Of a stretch of DNA of 64,000 bases, positions 1 to 14,917 are shown piece after piece. The notes under the pieces were generated by a model. It worked only from the letters and a program-made list of their open reading frames with translations. It was not told where the DNA came from and searched no databases. This DNA comes from Octopus sinensis (taxonomy: Eukaryota), in NCBI RefSeq assembly GCF_006345805.1, contig NC_043004.1, forward strand, positions 8,680,001-8,744,000, read 5' to 3'. Position numbers and translations under genes: made by a program. Each line of letters opens with the position of its first letter. The stretch's first letter is position 1.

Positions 1-1844
1 ACACACACACCACATATATATATGTATGACGTTTCTTGTTCATTGCAAATACCTTCGTTTTCGGTCTTGTGACTGTGAAAAGCAAAGAAAATTCGAACTT
101 AGAACACAGAGGAACAAAACTAATGCCGCAGGACAACAAAACCCGTCTCATATTTATGAGTATAAAAACGTTGGTGTTTATTTATAACGTTTTGTTGTTG
201 TCTTGCTGTGAAGACAAGATACAAGAAAAGATATAGGATAAGTTTGATGTAGGATTTGGTGTGTAATCTGATACTAGAGATTAGTGAGATATCTCGCTTT
301 TAATTTCTGATATCATAAAAGATAAACTCTTATGCCAGCCAGCTTGTATTTTACTAAATCACATATACTGATGTCTAAACACTGAGAAACACAGCGTTTA
401 GACATATTTAAAGTATGGAAGCGGTTGCCATACTTCGTTGTATGTGCAGATGTGCATTGCACATGCATTTATGCATTGAACGTGCATTCTATGCAAATAT
501 ATAACATGAATAACTTTTTTTTTTTTTACTATTGACCTGTTTAACATAAAAATATATACATTTTGAAAAATTAGGCCACATTGACAATTTGTCTGTACTG
601 GGACATCTTTACGCTAACAAGGAAAGGAATTCACACACGCACACATGCACGCACACACACACACACCACACACACACACACACACCACACACACACACAC
701 ACACAAAGACAAATAAATTGTTTGTCAGTTTTGAGGTTAGAAGGAGAGAAAGAAAAATTTATAAAACGATGAGGAAAATTGAGATGAGACCAAATAACAT
801 TACCGACCTCTTTCTTTTTGTCACCACTCTCTCCTCTCTCTCTCTCTCTCTCTCTTCTATCCTCTTTCTAGTCTCTCTCTCTCTTCTCTCTTTCCTTCTC
901 TCTAACACTCTCTCCTTTCACTCTCTAATTTTCTCCCCTTTCTCTCCATTATTCTCTTCCTCTCTCTCTTAGACTATTCTTGCTCTTCGACCATATTTCT
1001 TCTCTCCTCTTCTACCTCCCCTCTTCCTCTCTCTCCCTCCCTCCCTTCTCAACGCACACATACATCATATCATTATGTCTCACTGACATATTTAACCCAC
1101 GTTCACCATTAGCCACGCCCCCTTATTTACATTTTTTTACACTAATCTCACTTAAGTCCCTTTGTATGTTTATGTACAGTTGCATTCACTACTTCACAAG
1201 CATCACACACACACACACACACATTATACGTACACTACACATTCACACAGGCATGTTTTGTATGTCACCATCGCCCCTTCACCCATACACAGGGAATATA
1301 TACTTGTTTGTGTAAACCACTGTAAATGCTAGACACCCCACCAGCCTCTCCACCTACTTTAGGGATTATAAAATTTTATTAAATCTTTCTTCTACTTTTT
1401 TCTTTTTTATTGCCTATTTTTAATAATAAACTTGCAGCATACTACAATACTCAAGTTAATGCTAGCATAACTAATAATTATTAGATTGCGAGAAGTATAC
1501 ACACGGCAATGAATTAGTGTAAATATGGAAGTGAACGAGGGTCACTGCGTTGTTGACAAGGTCGCATGCTATAACGACAGGACATTGACGTACTTGTTAA
1601 CAAATATTAACCAATACGTATATTTCGTACATAAATTATCTGTATATATAAAAGGCAGGATGTGTGTGTGTATGTGTGTGTGTGTGTGTGTGTATGTGTG
1701 TGTGTGTGTGTGTGTGTATGTGTGTGTGTGTGTGTGAGTGTGTACGTGAATGTAATTTATGCACGTCCACAAATTAGCACGCATGTCGCTCCTCCTCCAA
1801 TTTTAGAAGGATATTCGTCATGATCCTAACTGTTATTTTCGTCA

Positions 1845-1944
1845 NNNNNNNNNNNNNNNNNNNNNNNNNNNNNNNNNNNNNNNNNNNNNNNNNNNNNNNN
1901 NNNNNNNNNNNNNNNNNNNNNNNNNNNNNNNNNNNNNNNNNNNN
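1845..1944. other. Assembly gap (100 N)
   Basis: Run of Ns; the round length suggests a scaffolding placeholder. Confidence 0.99.
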
Positions 1945-2519
1945 AGCTAATTGAAAATATTCTTTCTGGAAAAAAAAACGAATAGAACATATTCGAAAGT
2001 TTTCTTTTCTTCCTACAATGTCGGCAGATGAAGACGATGAGCGATGGGAGAGGAGCTGAAGTCGTGTGGACATCCGTCACCAAAGAGTGAAGTCACTCGA
2101 GAATACAAAAAACAAAACCGCCTCAAGTGCTGCACTTTATATCTTGAAGTGCGGTTTGTGTATCGTTTTACTTCTACAAATCAACTTCCTGTCACTTAAT
2201 GGGGGTTCTATTAACGACACTCAAAATGGCGCCTCACTCAGGACTACACACGCACAAACACATTTTGAATAGGTGTATACATACTCACACACGCACACAT
2301 GTATATGTGTGTGTGTGCGTGTGTGAGCATGTATCATGATCTTGTATATACATATGCATAGATATGTGTATGTATGCATGCATATATGTATATATATATA
2401 TACATACGTAAATGGATATATACATACATATATACATACATATATAATATATACATACATGCATATATGTATTATATATATACATACATATATATAGATA
2501 TAATATATATTATATATAT

Positions 2520-2521
2520 AT

Positions 2522-2612
<91 letters not shown>

Positions 2613-2780
2613 TACATATAGATAAATAGATAGGTAGGTAGACAGACAGACAGATAGATAGATATGTAGTTAGTTTTAGTTAGTTAGGTAGGTAGGTAGG
2701 TAGGTAGACAGACAGATAGATAGATACGTAGTTAGGTAGGTAGGTGGATGGATGGGTGGTTGGATGGATGGATGGATGGC
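2520..2780. repeat. Compound tetranucleotide microsatellite (AGAT/AGAC/AGGT/GGAT)n
   Basis: Seen directly. Confidence 0.95.
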
Positions 2781-5094
2781 TATTTTTCCGTGCGTGTTTG
2801 TGTCTATGCAGGTGTAGATGTAACCTACAAAATCCCTGGCCATACCCTATTCAACACGTGTGTTGCTGTTGATATTTGTTCGTATGTTCAGTTCATCAAA
2901 ACTGGTACCAGTAATATACTGCAGCCTATGTCGTCTGCAGAAATGCAGTCCAAACTAAAATAGTTTCATACCTATTTTCCTTTAACATGTGTGTGTGTAT
3001 ATAAGTGTATGTGTGTGTATGAGTGTAAGTGTGTGCGCGCGTGTTGTCTTGAAAATAAAGTCTGTCGTTGTTTTGTTTTTTTATTGTTGTGGTGACGATA
3101 TCAACTATCCTTCAGTAGATTAAAATCAAATGTTTTCTATCCGTGACCTTCAGGTTGGCTTTTCCTCAAACATACTGTATCTAGAACTATATTATCAATC
3201 TGTGCTTTTCTATTTTAAAGAGGTTGTTTGGGAGTTCTTTAAGGGCAACTTGGCTCCTGATTTTAGCAATTCAATCGACGGCATAAAAATACTCTCAATG
3301 GCTCGGAAAAGGCTTAATAGGGTGAATGGTGATATCAACTATCTTGTCCTGTTCATAAATTTTCGTAAAGTTAACAAACTCTGCATTATAAATCATATTG
3401 ATTTATTAAGGCTGTGATCGATAGATTGGTAGAGTTTCTGCTTTGATGTCATTTCTGACTTACTGTTCAATACAATATTAAAGATTCCCGCTCAAAGAAA
3501 GAGGAAGGAGAAGGTTTGCTGATTACAAATAAATACCGTATTTACTGAACGAGTACTGACACCAGACACTGAGAACCAGAACGATTGACCTACAAGATAG
3601 ATGAAAAATCATTCTTATAACATCGAAATCTATATCCGTTGACCAACAAACTCAGCTCAACCAGTTGAAGTGGAACTGCGCCAGTGACCAGGTCGCAGTT
3701 TAAGAGAAATTAACAATTCTTGTCTGCTTTTGAAGGGCTAAAATGTGTCTTCTGTGTTGGGTTGGTTTCTAAAGGGACAATCAGTCTCAACAAAAATGTG
3801 GGATTCAATTTAAAGGATCTTATTCGTTCTTAACAACATTAGGAGAGAGGAATTCTGACAAACTGAATCAATTTAATTCAATTTTACGGTGTACGAAAAT
3901 TTAAGAAATTGATATAAGACCACATATTTGTCGTGGATAAGATTAATCGATGAAATCACCCCCTTTTGACACTAGAAGTACTAGAAACTCAGATTGTAAG
4001 GGAGAAGAACTAAATACTCCAATGCAATATTAAGCTCAGGGTCTACAGTTTTTTTACGGTCAGCTTTTGAATGGATGTTTTTGTATAGAGACAGGTCAGC
4101 AGTGGTCTATCTGTCCCCTGACACGCAAGCTGTAGGCTGAACGGCTTGGCATGGCCCACAGATGTGTTCTTTCAAGAATACCTATTTTATGACTAACTAG
4201 GAACCATATTACACATACCGACCGACCTGATTTCAGGAAGTGTATGGAAGAATCGCATGGAATTGTCTGAAGAATTACAGATTGGAGATTCTATACATCT
4301 TTTTTCTACATGTATACCTTTGTGATTCCTATCGTGTAATGAAACATGCGTAACATGGAATTAAAGATATACTAAATTCTTCTAGTCTCCTGTTTTGATA
4401 TGCAAACTGAATTTACCAAAAATTTCAATCACTTTGTATTTCACATTTAAAATTAAACATCTACAACAATCCATTGGATTAATGCGAACCTGGAGACGTC
4501 CTTCACGAGGACACAGCTTGGATTGTAACCTCTTCTAAACAATAGATATACACTCATTATATAAACACATATTTTTTATAAGAAGTGTGACAGTGACTTC
4601 GAAGAGTAGCAGGCCGAATCTTCGAAGTCACTGTCACACCGCTTCTCGTAAAAGCATGATAAACATGTACTCTACACGAAGTATTGAGTAATTCTTCGTT
4701 TTAACGCAAAATTGCTTTTTATTATAACTCGGCATAAAAACAAACATTAATGTGTGTGTGAGAGAGAGAGAGAGGGGGGATAGAGTGAGAGAGAGAGAGG
4801 GAGGGAAAGAGTGAGAGAGAGAGAAAGAGTGAGAGAGAGAAAGAGTGAGAGAAAGAAAGAGAGAGAGAGAGAGAGAGAGAGTGTGTGTGTGTGTGGTGTG
4901 TGTGTGTGTGTGTGTGTGTAGACAGACATAAAACGTAATGACATGCTGTCCTTAGAATTAATGACATTGAATGAGCTGTTGGGTTTTTGTTGTTTTCTTA
5001 TGGTGTTTTGTTTTTGTTTTTTACGTCCTTTGGTTGTACGTGCCAAGGTGAACACCACCCACCCGTTACTACAGCACAAGAGCTGTCCTAGCTA

Positions 5095-5116
5095 TTATAA
5101 TATATATATATATATC

Positions 5117-5164
<48 letters not shown>

Positions 5165-5269
5165 CATATATACATATACGTATACATATATACATAAATA
5201 TATATATATATTTATATATAAATGAGATATATATATATATGATATAGATGTAGTATGTATGTATGTATT

Positions 5270-5315
<46 letters not shown>

Positions 5316-5425
5316 GTATATATGTATACATACATACATATATATATATATATAATATTATATATATATAATATATATATATATATTATATATATTATAT
5401 ATATATATATACATATATATATTGG
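5095..5425. repeat. (TA)n-rich microsatellite
   Basis: Seen directly. Confidence 0.95.
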
Positions 5426-5556
5426 TGACTGCCAGCACTGCATCTAACTATTTCTGACATTTTGTTGGATAAAAATGTGCAACGTGAAGTTGAGGGGGAA
5501 GGGGGAAAGTAAAGGAAGCTGAAGGGTAGGAGGAAGAAAGAAAAAAAGGAAACCTA

Positions 5557-5660
5557 GTGGTGGTGGTGGTGGTGGTGTGGTGGGGTTGCGGTGGTGGTGC
5601 GGTGAAGTTGTTGTCGTTGGTAGTGGTGGTTGTGGTGGTGGTGGTTGTGGTGGTGGTAGT
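5557..5660. repeat. (GGT/GTT)n trinucleotide repeat
   Basis: Seen directly. Confidence 0.9.
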
Positions 5661-6011
5661 GCTCGTCGTAGGCGTTGTAGGCGGCCAAGCTTTTCTTTAA
5701 GTGAAGTTTAAATTTTTCTTGAAATGCATAATTAAATGAAGGAAACAAGAAAAATTAAACTCGATGCCAAAATATATCCATCCATGAGAAATATAGAGAG
5801 ATGTGATAAGTCCAACTTGAGAAAATGAAGAATGTCGCCTGGAAAAGTTCTGACAATGCCTTCACATCGGATGCCATGTCATTTACGCATAACCTCTTCC
5901 TTCGTCGTACATCCAGCGAACTCGTAAGATGTTTATTGGTTTCGATTTTACAGTTCATTTAGTAGAAATCAAATTAATAATATTTAGGCTTTAAATCTGA
6001 ATTTTGATTTC

Positions 6012-6223
6012 AAATTTTTGTACAAGGCCAGCAATTTAGGGAGAACGGGGACTTGTAGATTACATCGACCCCAGTGTTTCACTGGTATATATTTTATCAA
6101 CTCTGAAAGGATGGAAAGCAAAGTTGTCCGCGCGACGGAATTTGAACCGAGAACGTAGAGACGGAAGAAATGCCGCTAAGCATTTTGTCCGGCACGCATA
6201 CGATTCTACCAAGTTGCCGCCTT
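6012..6223 (-). mobile_element. tRNA-derived SINE, family 1 (decayed monomer, tail type B)
   Basis: Reverse complement gives the ggcggc...ggtagaatcg head, B box GGTTCAAATTCC, and a body shared with the other copies. Confidence 0.85.
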
Positions 6224-7694
6224 TTTAAATATGAATATTCATTATGAAGATAAATGAATGCGTTTACACTCGTTTATCACGGTGTTAAATGAAACTGTAA
6301 TAAATGAATGATAAAACATGGGGAAAATAGGTTTTGTTCGGAGACCTTAAGTTATTCTGAGCATTGTGGATGGTCACGGGCTGCGCTTTCGTGGTGCAAG
6401 CAGGATCTTTCAGTCGCTGACCCGTGTTATCGCAGATCAAATAGTGTTAAACAATTTTACAATTGAGTGTACCGTGTTATCCGGATCAGTGGTTAGAGAA
6501 GTTAGATTCATCGTTAAGAAAGCTAGATCTATTGGTGACCAGATACCTTTTGCTGCAGCACCGCCTTCAAGAATTTTGGTCCAACCATTCGACCACAAAG
6601 CTTTTTTAAGACTGGCACTTATTCTATAAATCTCTTTTGCCGAACGGCTAAGATAAGGGGACGTAAACACACCAACGCCGGTTTCCAAGTGTTGACAAGG
6701 AACAAACACAGACAGTCACACACACACACATACAAATATATAAATTATATATACATATTATATACATACATACACACACACACACAAGGTTGACTTTGCC
6801 TTCTATCCTTCCGAGCGATGGTCGATAAAATAAAGAAGAAAGAGGTCAATTGCTTAAATCGAAACCCAATCAGCTTAATTGACTTATCCTGTCGCCCAAT
6901 GATTCATCCCCCGTGCTTGTGTTTCACTCCGTTTTTACTCAGGTACCATCTTTCCAATAATAACTACATTTTCCCATGCATTCTCATCCAATTATAAAAA
7001 TGTATAACTGAAGCGAATTTTGACTGCTATGTCTAGCATACTCGTTCGTTCTATATTTGCTTTCGTTTCAGTTACATTTTTTCTTCCTTTTTCCTTTTGT
7101 CTTTCTCTCTTCTTGTTTTCTTTCTTTTGTTGGTGGGGGCCTTTGTTCTCATGTTATTCTTTAGCTTCCCTTTCGTTCTTTTTCTAACACCCACACCACC
7201 ACCACCACCACCCGTCCTCTCCATTCAGTAACGCAGCAAGTAAGCTGTGACGTAAGTTATAACAGTTATAACTAAGAATCTCAGTTTACCATCCATGCAT
7301 ACAACCCCCGAATACCAACTACATCACACATACACACACAGACACACCATTTTCTCTCCTTTATTTTTTTTCTGAATTTTTGTTTTTGAATTTAATTTGA
7401 TTGGTCTACGTGACTATTTCCATGTCTCTGCTTGTCGTCTGCCGACCTGATCCAGTGAGGTCAGCCATTACATCATTATATTCTTCTCTTTCATCGCGAT
7501 ATGCTCGCTCATCCTTCACCCAGTTAACAAGTATCACATCTATTTCGTTTTATTATTTATTATTATCGCAACAGCCAACATCTTTCTCTTTCCCAAAACA
7601 CAGATTCTCTTTCACTTAACCTTTATTCTTTCGCTCTGTCTTTTACACAATCAGCCTATATCTCACCGCCGGTCCATGGATGTCTGGCTGCATG

Positions 7695-7739
<45 letters not shown>

Positions 7740-7908
7740 ATATATGAACATGAATGTGTATTTATGTGTGTATGTGTGTGTATATGTGTGTATGTATATA
7801 TGTATGGATATATATGTATATATGTATGTATATATATGTATGTGTGTATATATATATGCGTGTGTATATATATGTATATATATGTATATATATATATATC
7901 TATATCTG

Positions 7909-7951
<43 letters not shown>

Positions 7952-7984
7952 ATATATATATATATATATATATAAGTAGACTAA

Positions 7985-8330
7985 CTTAGAAAGGTTTTGG
8001 CCAGTATTGGCCCAGGCCATGTCTAACTTAATAGCACCACCTGGCGAAGTCTTTCAATTCAGGATTTGGGCACCATTCGAGCAGAGAGTTATTGTTTGCG
8101 GTGACATATCCGAGTGTGGGTGGTTTGTCCGGGACTGTTTGAAGGAATTTGTCCAAAGACTTCTTGAATTTTGTGTGGTCAGTTTCTGTTTTGACGTGTC
8201 CTGGTGTAATGTTGAAGAGAGCGATTCCAATTGAGGTGAAATAATTGTGCCGTATTGTTGTTATGAGATGCGATTTAGATTTTTGTTGTGGACGGATGGC
8301 ACTGGTCCAAGCCTTGGATGTATTTTAAAA
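7985..8330 (-). mobile_element. CR1/L2-clade LINE 3' fragment
   Basis: Minus translation ...IRHNYFTSIGIALFNITP...FKKSLDKFLQTVPDKP...NNNSLLEW, a typical CR1 ORF2 C-terminus. Confidence 0.8.
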
Positions 8331-8340
8331 TATTTTTGGA

Positions 8341-8367
8341 GACCTTACTTTTGGGATTACCCTCGTA
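8341..8367 (-). mobile_element. mariner-type terminal inverted repeat
   Basis: Reverse complement TA|CGAGGGTAATCCCAAAAGTAAGGTC. Confidence 0.55.
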
Positions 8368-8383
8368 TATATATATGTATATG

Positions 8384-8447
<64 letters not shown>

Positions 8448-8879
8448 ATATATATATCACAAGCAATAGGTCTAATCTAACTTTAATAATGTAAACCATA
8501 TGTCAGAATTGTGGGAAAGGTAAATTTTAGCCTTTTTGTAATTCATGAAATAAATAATAGGAATCAGATAGAGGAAAAAAAATTAGATTTCAGACACTGA
8601 CGAAATTACACGGAGAATGATGGATATTTGATGAGATTGCTGGAGGCTTGCGGTATTATCTAGAAATGGACGAATAGATTTGCCGTGATGAGAAAGTTTG
8701 AAAGACAAACTGGCGGTCATGGACAGATTGGTATTCATACGAAGTCTGACGAAAAAGTATCGAGATTGTTACTATGATAACGGACCTAAAGTAGGCAGAG
8801 TGAAGCCGCTTGGCACAGATTGACATTTAACTTGGTCGCGCTTGCACACTTAGTTATAACATTCTCGCTTCCTTCCGTT

Positions 8880-9110
8880 GTTTGTAGCAGTGCTTGGAAG
8901 TAAAGTGTGTCGAGTGTGGTCGTCTCAAAAAGATTGGGTTTCAGTGTCGCAGGATGTCTTTGATTGTCTCGAGGAAATCGAAAACCCTCTGGAAACGGTC
9001 TCAACAAATGACGAATCGTGGGTCTTTGGCAATGATCATGAAGCCAAGGTTCAGTTTTCGCAATGGAAGACCCCAAACAATATTTCAAAGTGTCGAAGAA
9101 ATCTCAGAAT
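8880..9110 (+). mobile_element. Decayed mariner transposase fragment
   Basis: SQKDWVSVSQ...LETVSTNDESWVFGNDHEAKVQFSQWKTP resembles mariner 'QK..RV..S...FL..VITGDESWVYGYDPETK.QSSQWK.P'. Confidence 0.75.
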
Positions 9111-10324
9111 GTGATGAGGTAGCTGCTTGCTTTCCCCAAAACGAGATTTCCAGGAATGTTTCCATCAGTGGAAATGATACAGAATAAAGAGTGCGACTTC
9201 AGAAGGGGACCACGTTGTGGTTTCTTTTTTATAACACTAGTCCCGATACTTTTTTGATCTGACCTCGTAGAGTTAAACAAACGTTTACACACACATATGA
9301 ATAAAGACGTAAGGATGATATGTAAAAAGAAGATATAATTATTAATCTAAGATAACAACAACAACAAAACAGAACAAGATAGACTCTGTTAAAGACGTCA
9401 TCGCTGTTCTAAAGTAGTCTCGCTCAATGAGAGAAATTAAGCAGGTGTAACTTGCAAAAGATTATATCTCAGAACATTTCGTGTACGTGATGAGAGCAAC
9501 GGATGGGTGGCTGCACGGTTAAAGCTGTTACTAAAATAAATAATATGAAACGAGCTTATTGAAAAGCAAAGTTCAAACTCTTATATTTATGTCGAAAGTA
9601 TACATCCATCGGTCCGTCCGCCTTTCCATTCGTCCATCCATCCATATATATACGTACCTAATTTCCCATCCACTGTATATGTCTAGACAGGTGCAAATAT
9701 CTTCTACATCACATTTAAATACAGGGAGGACGGGAAGGAGAGAAACAATAAAACGAGAGGAATATTAAAAAGATTTGCCGCGAAATAAGTCAGCGCCGAA
9801 TCAGTGACGCCAAAACAGCTGCGCCAAAACTTCTCGTCCTGTATGTATCTTTCAACATTTGCCTAGTTAGAGCGGATTCACCAAATGTAGAACCATGCTA
9901 AGCATCTATGTTTAAAAAACTTTGACTAACAAGAATAAGAAATGAGGGGGGGGGGTGAATGAAAGCAAGGAAGAATGAAAGAACGAAAGAAATTCCAGTG
10001 CGAGGAAGATTATGTGTGTTTTATGTGAATATCTTGTAGAATATTGAGAGATTCGCTTGGTCCTCATCTCTGTTGGGGTTTGTATGAAAGATATTTCTTA
10101 ATGAACTTCTGTTCTACAATGTAATTAATTTACAATAATGAGGAGGGCAAGCAGATACAAATTGATCGAGAGGGAGAAAGTGGTGATGGAAGTCACGTTA
10201 CAAAGTGAAACGATTAGTTTTTACGTGCAAAAACATTAAAGTGATCTCTTCAATGATTATGCACGTAAAACAACTGTAAACACACACACATCATTCTTCA
10301 TTCATCATTCATTCTTGTGTGTGT

Positions 10325-10383
<59 letters not shown>

Positions 10384-10721
10384 TCAGTAAGTTGTTTGCA
10401 ATAACATTCTGCTGCCCCTCTTATACTGGTGACTACTAAATATCACGGATTGAAGGGAGGGGGGCGACTCCTTGAGGTCGGCGCCAGCCCTCAAAACTTA
10501 CATCAGTGGGGTAACTGGTACTTTATCAACTACAGTGTATGAGTACGAGAGGGAGAGAGAGAGAGAAAGGACACACTCATCACTAGCCCACTTCACATTT
10601 CACCAGCTTCATTTCTGCATTGTTCCAACACACTTCAGCACCCACATACATACCTGTCCCCACCCCTTTCCTTCCCTTTCTCCCATCCTCTCTCTCTCTT
10701 CTCTCTCTCTCGTCTCGTCTC

Positions 10722-10759
<38 letters not shown>

Positions 10760-10869
10760 CTCTCTCGCACCTCTTTTCTTTATTCTTCTACAACTCTGTA
10801 TAGAAATCTCTTTTTCTCACACAGTTCTATATCAAGCACGAGCACGTACAGATACATGGTGTACATGAA

Positions 10870-11044
<175 letters not shown>

Positions 11045-11131
11045 GCAGACATGTATACACCATTTACTGATATATATATATATATAAACACACACACATA
11101 TATATATACATAGATAGGCCACTGGTTTTAT

Positions 11132-11232
<101 letters not shown>

Positions 11233-11289
11233 CATATATATATACGTATACACATATAAACAAACACAAAACTGCTTCTTCTACTTTGT

Positions 11290-12200
11290 CCAGCTAACTC
11301 TCAACTCTCATCCTTCTCTTGTTCTCTTCTTATTTGTCTATCTTTCAATCTAAGGTTGCCTGGCAAGATGTTGAACAATTGCGGGTTCTTGAAATCCAGG
11401 CTTTTGCAGTACTGAGTCATTATTTTAGATGGATGAGACGGGATTTTTGCTATGATGCAGCGTCGTCCAGTTCGAGGATTGGTCTGGCTGTCAATTCCAA
11501 AATTGGGAGCTAAACCCTCCAAGATCTTCTAAATATATATCACCGCACATCTCTCTCGTCTTCTTTCCAGGGAACAGAAACTCAGCTCCTTTAGCCTCTC
11601 CCAGTAGCGCCCATCTTTTGCATCGAGTCAATCTTCTTTGTGTATTGGCACTGGATTACTTCGAGTTCCACAGTTTGTTCCACACTCACTGGGGACCATA
11701 GCTGGGACCAGTAGTACAAGCGGCTGAGAACGAAAGTCCTCCATAAGAATAGCAGGGTTTCCCTTTTCCTGGTACTGAATGTCCTCAGAATCCATTCAAA
11801 CAACGCTTACATAGTGTTGCCATTTTGATTATATACACAGGGAATGTTGCTTCATTGCTCATGTGAACCTCCAGTTCACGCATCGACTCTGACTCTGGGA
11901 TAGTATTGCCTATTGGACCAGTGTATTCTGATTTTTAGCCTGGTATTGGGCCGATAGTGGAATGCCTGAAATTTCATAGCATTGAACTGCATGTTATTTT
12001 TGTTGGACCATTTGTAGATTTCGTTCAGGTCTCTTTCTGCAGTTTTATGTCTTCTGGGTTCTTATCTTTTGTGTCTCAACAGTCAGACTGGCTGACGGTA
12101 CCGAGGAGAGCTTGTCTGAGAGGGCCACCACAAATAGTAGTGACCCCAGTACAGTTCCCTATGAGACTCTACTTAGAATTAGTGTCTCTTCAGAGTGAGC
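11290..12200 (-). mobile_element. CR1-clade LINE ORF2 (RT and C-terminus) relic
   Basis: Minus frames LFLWRTFVLSRLYYWSQLWSP and YWERLKEL...SLERRRER...KILEGLAPN...QLFNILP; stops and frameshifts present. Confidence 0.88.
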
Positions 12201-12667
12201 ACCATGCCACTACGATCTTCAGGCGACATTAAACAACTTAGGTACACCTGTACGTGTCTATACATCATATATCACATGTATTGTGCGCGCGCGTGTGTAA
12301 TTTTCTCTTCAAATAAAATCAACAAAAGGTGTACCCATCCGGTGAGAGATATATATTGGTTAATATACACAGTGTATAGTTTTGAGCTACTAAGAGTTTC
12401 ATACATTGAAGATGTTGTCTAGGCACGTTTTAATAACATGCCTAGTGTCTCCAAGCAATCCTAAGGCTCTGATCACATGGCTTATACTAGTTGCAAATCA
12501 GAAAAGAATAACAGAAATCACGAGAAAAAACGGGAGGAAGGTGGATGCAGTAAAAAAATGGGTGAAAAGAACGGAAAAAGAAGGAGAAAACGGAGAGAGA
12601 ATTAGAGTTATGTCTCTTTTGACTTTAAAGCCATAAACCTAGTTGGTGTAGAATCAACGGAGGCGGT

Positions 12668-12708
<41 letters not shown>

Positions 12709-13496
12709 TATATACACACACACACACATGCATTAAAACATAATCTAAGAGGTTCATGCCATTACGGTCTTCGGGCGACATTAAACAACATAGGTACACC
12801 TCTACGTGTGTGTACATCATATATCACATGTATTGTGTGTGCGTGTGTGTGTGTGTTAGTGTGTGTATGCGTGTGTGAGTGTGTGTGGTTATGGTTATGA
12901 AAGTAGAAAAGAATAAAATGGAACAGCTAAGAAATCTCGACAAAATAAGTCGAACTTCATTACTGGTGCAAAACCGTCTGCTGAACGGAAGTTCTTTCGC
13001 TTAAATAAACAAAACACGAGAGTCGGCCATTGCATTTCGCCTCCTTTTGCTGTTCAGTAGTTTGCTCAGGTAAAATATAATTACTTTTAATACTTTAAAC
13101 ATATTCTATTGAATGTGCAGAATTAGTTTCTTGTTGTTGTTGTTGCCGCTGCTTCCCTTTTGCCCTCCTCTTCTGTTTTTGATGTAGCTGCATTTTAGTA
13201 AACGGCTTCTGCCTTTATTCATTTTTGTAGAAACAAAATAACCGAGTGAATATAATATTATTGAACAAACTGATTTTTATTTACAAGTTCAAATCCCGCA
13301 CCTGGCGGATACATTGTGGACGTTTATCTGTCTGTGTTTTGGTTGGGGCGGGGCCAATGATTTCCTTTTGTTCACCTTGCTGCAATAGACTTGTGTTTTC
13401 TTCTGAAGAGAAGCTAAATATCTCTCTCTGTATATATATATATTTTCTCTCTCTCTCTCTCCTCTCCCTATATATATTTATATATGTATTTCTCCT

Positions 13497-13543
<47 letters not shown>

Positions 13544-14579
13544 ATCGTTATGTCAATGATGCACGTAACCTTCAAACTGTCCAGTCCACTTCGTTGTATT
13601 AAAGGCTCCATGAAATAAGAATATTTATCAGCTCTGAACAATAACAGCACCACAAAAAGGGAGTCGAATAATCCCTTAGCTTACAGTGCTGAGCAGAGTA
13701 AATTCTGGGCTTTGCAACAAAGAATTGGCTGATTTGCTAGGGATAAATAAGAAGTATTCAGAGATATCCTAACAATACAATGTCTTAGGAGGGGTACCCG
13801 AGGGGTACTCCGGTGTACTCTGTCGTTCTGATCATAAATCTTGTTTGCTTCTATAATGAAGAAAATACAACTCAGATATATTCATTAAGATCTCGAATCG
13901 ACCCGTGCCTTGTGAGTGTACCTAGGCAGACAGAAACTGTGTGAATGGACGGATAGATACAAAGAACTACTTATAATAGTACAGACACACTCATTCATTC
14001 GCTTTCTTTCTCTGTTTCTCGATTTCCCTCTCTCTCCCTCCCTCTCTTTCTTTTCCCCTCACTTTGTCTCTCTCCCTTCCTTTCATTCTGTCTATCTTTT
14101 TCCCTCTCCCTCTCTGACTCTCTGCCTCTCTCTTCCTCCCGCTCTTTCTCTCTTACACACAACCCAAATCTCTCCTAAATGCGGTCTTGTCTAAACAATT
14201 TCAATTTCTCACCGAAGAAACGGTCTTCTTTGAAATGTTACAAATGTCATACATAATACTCTTGACCTGTTAGAAATAACAGCCTAGACATTTGTCGAAC
14301 TTCTCTAAATTGGCCATCTTCATTGTTTCGTGTCGTAGCAGGGTTTGTCATTCAAACCTTGACTACGTAATTTGTTAATGGATGTCTACATCAAACCTCC
14401 ATATAGTAAGCAGTCCACGAACAAAACACACCAACCGACTTTAAGGGAACTTCTCTCCAACTATAAACAATTCGCTTACGTGTCTAAAACAGCCGCACCT
14501 TACTTCTTGGCGTGGAATCTGTTATGTAATTCGCTCTTGGTGTTGCCGACATTTACCAAGACAATGCCAGCGATTCCAT

Positions 14580-14633
14580 ATGGCTGTTGTAGCCAAGTAT
14601 TTATTGCTTTTGTCGACACTTGACGATTCACAG
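14580..14633 (+). CDS. Candidate signal-peptide exon (MAVVAKYLLLLSTL...), out of phase with the next exon
   Basis: ATG, a hydrophobic run and a CAG|GTGAAC donor. It is 54 nt (phase 0), whereas exon 15306 needs phase 1. Confidence 0.3.
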
Positions 14634-14881
14634 GTGAACCATGTGGAAATAACATTCTGCCTCTTTTATATTAGAGAAAAAAAACCTACTGTTCCTTGAT
14701 ACGCTACGTCGATATCACTTGAAGCTAAGCGTATGCACACACACTCATATCTACACACATTCACACATACACATGTACACCTTTATACAAAATGAGTTAA
14801 TATATACATGCATCCATATAAATACATATACATAATCTACATATATATATGTATTAAAGATTGCTATGGCTAGTCTATATA

Positions 14882-14917
<36 letters not shown>

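Noticed and set aside
6366-6709. Two overlapping ORFs of about 90 aa
   Set aside because: They partly overlap a SINE-2 3' end; no motif or splice context
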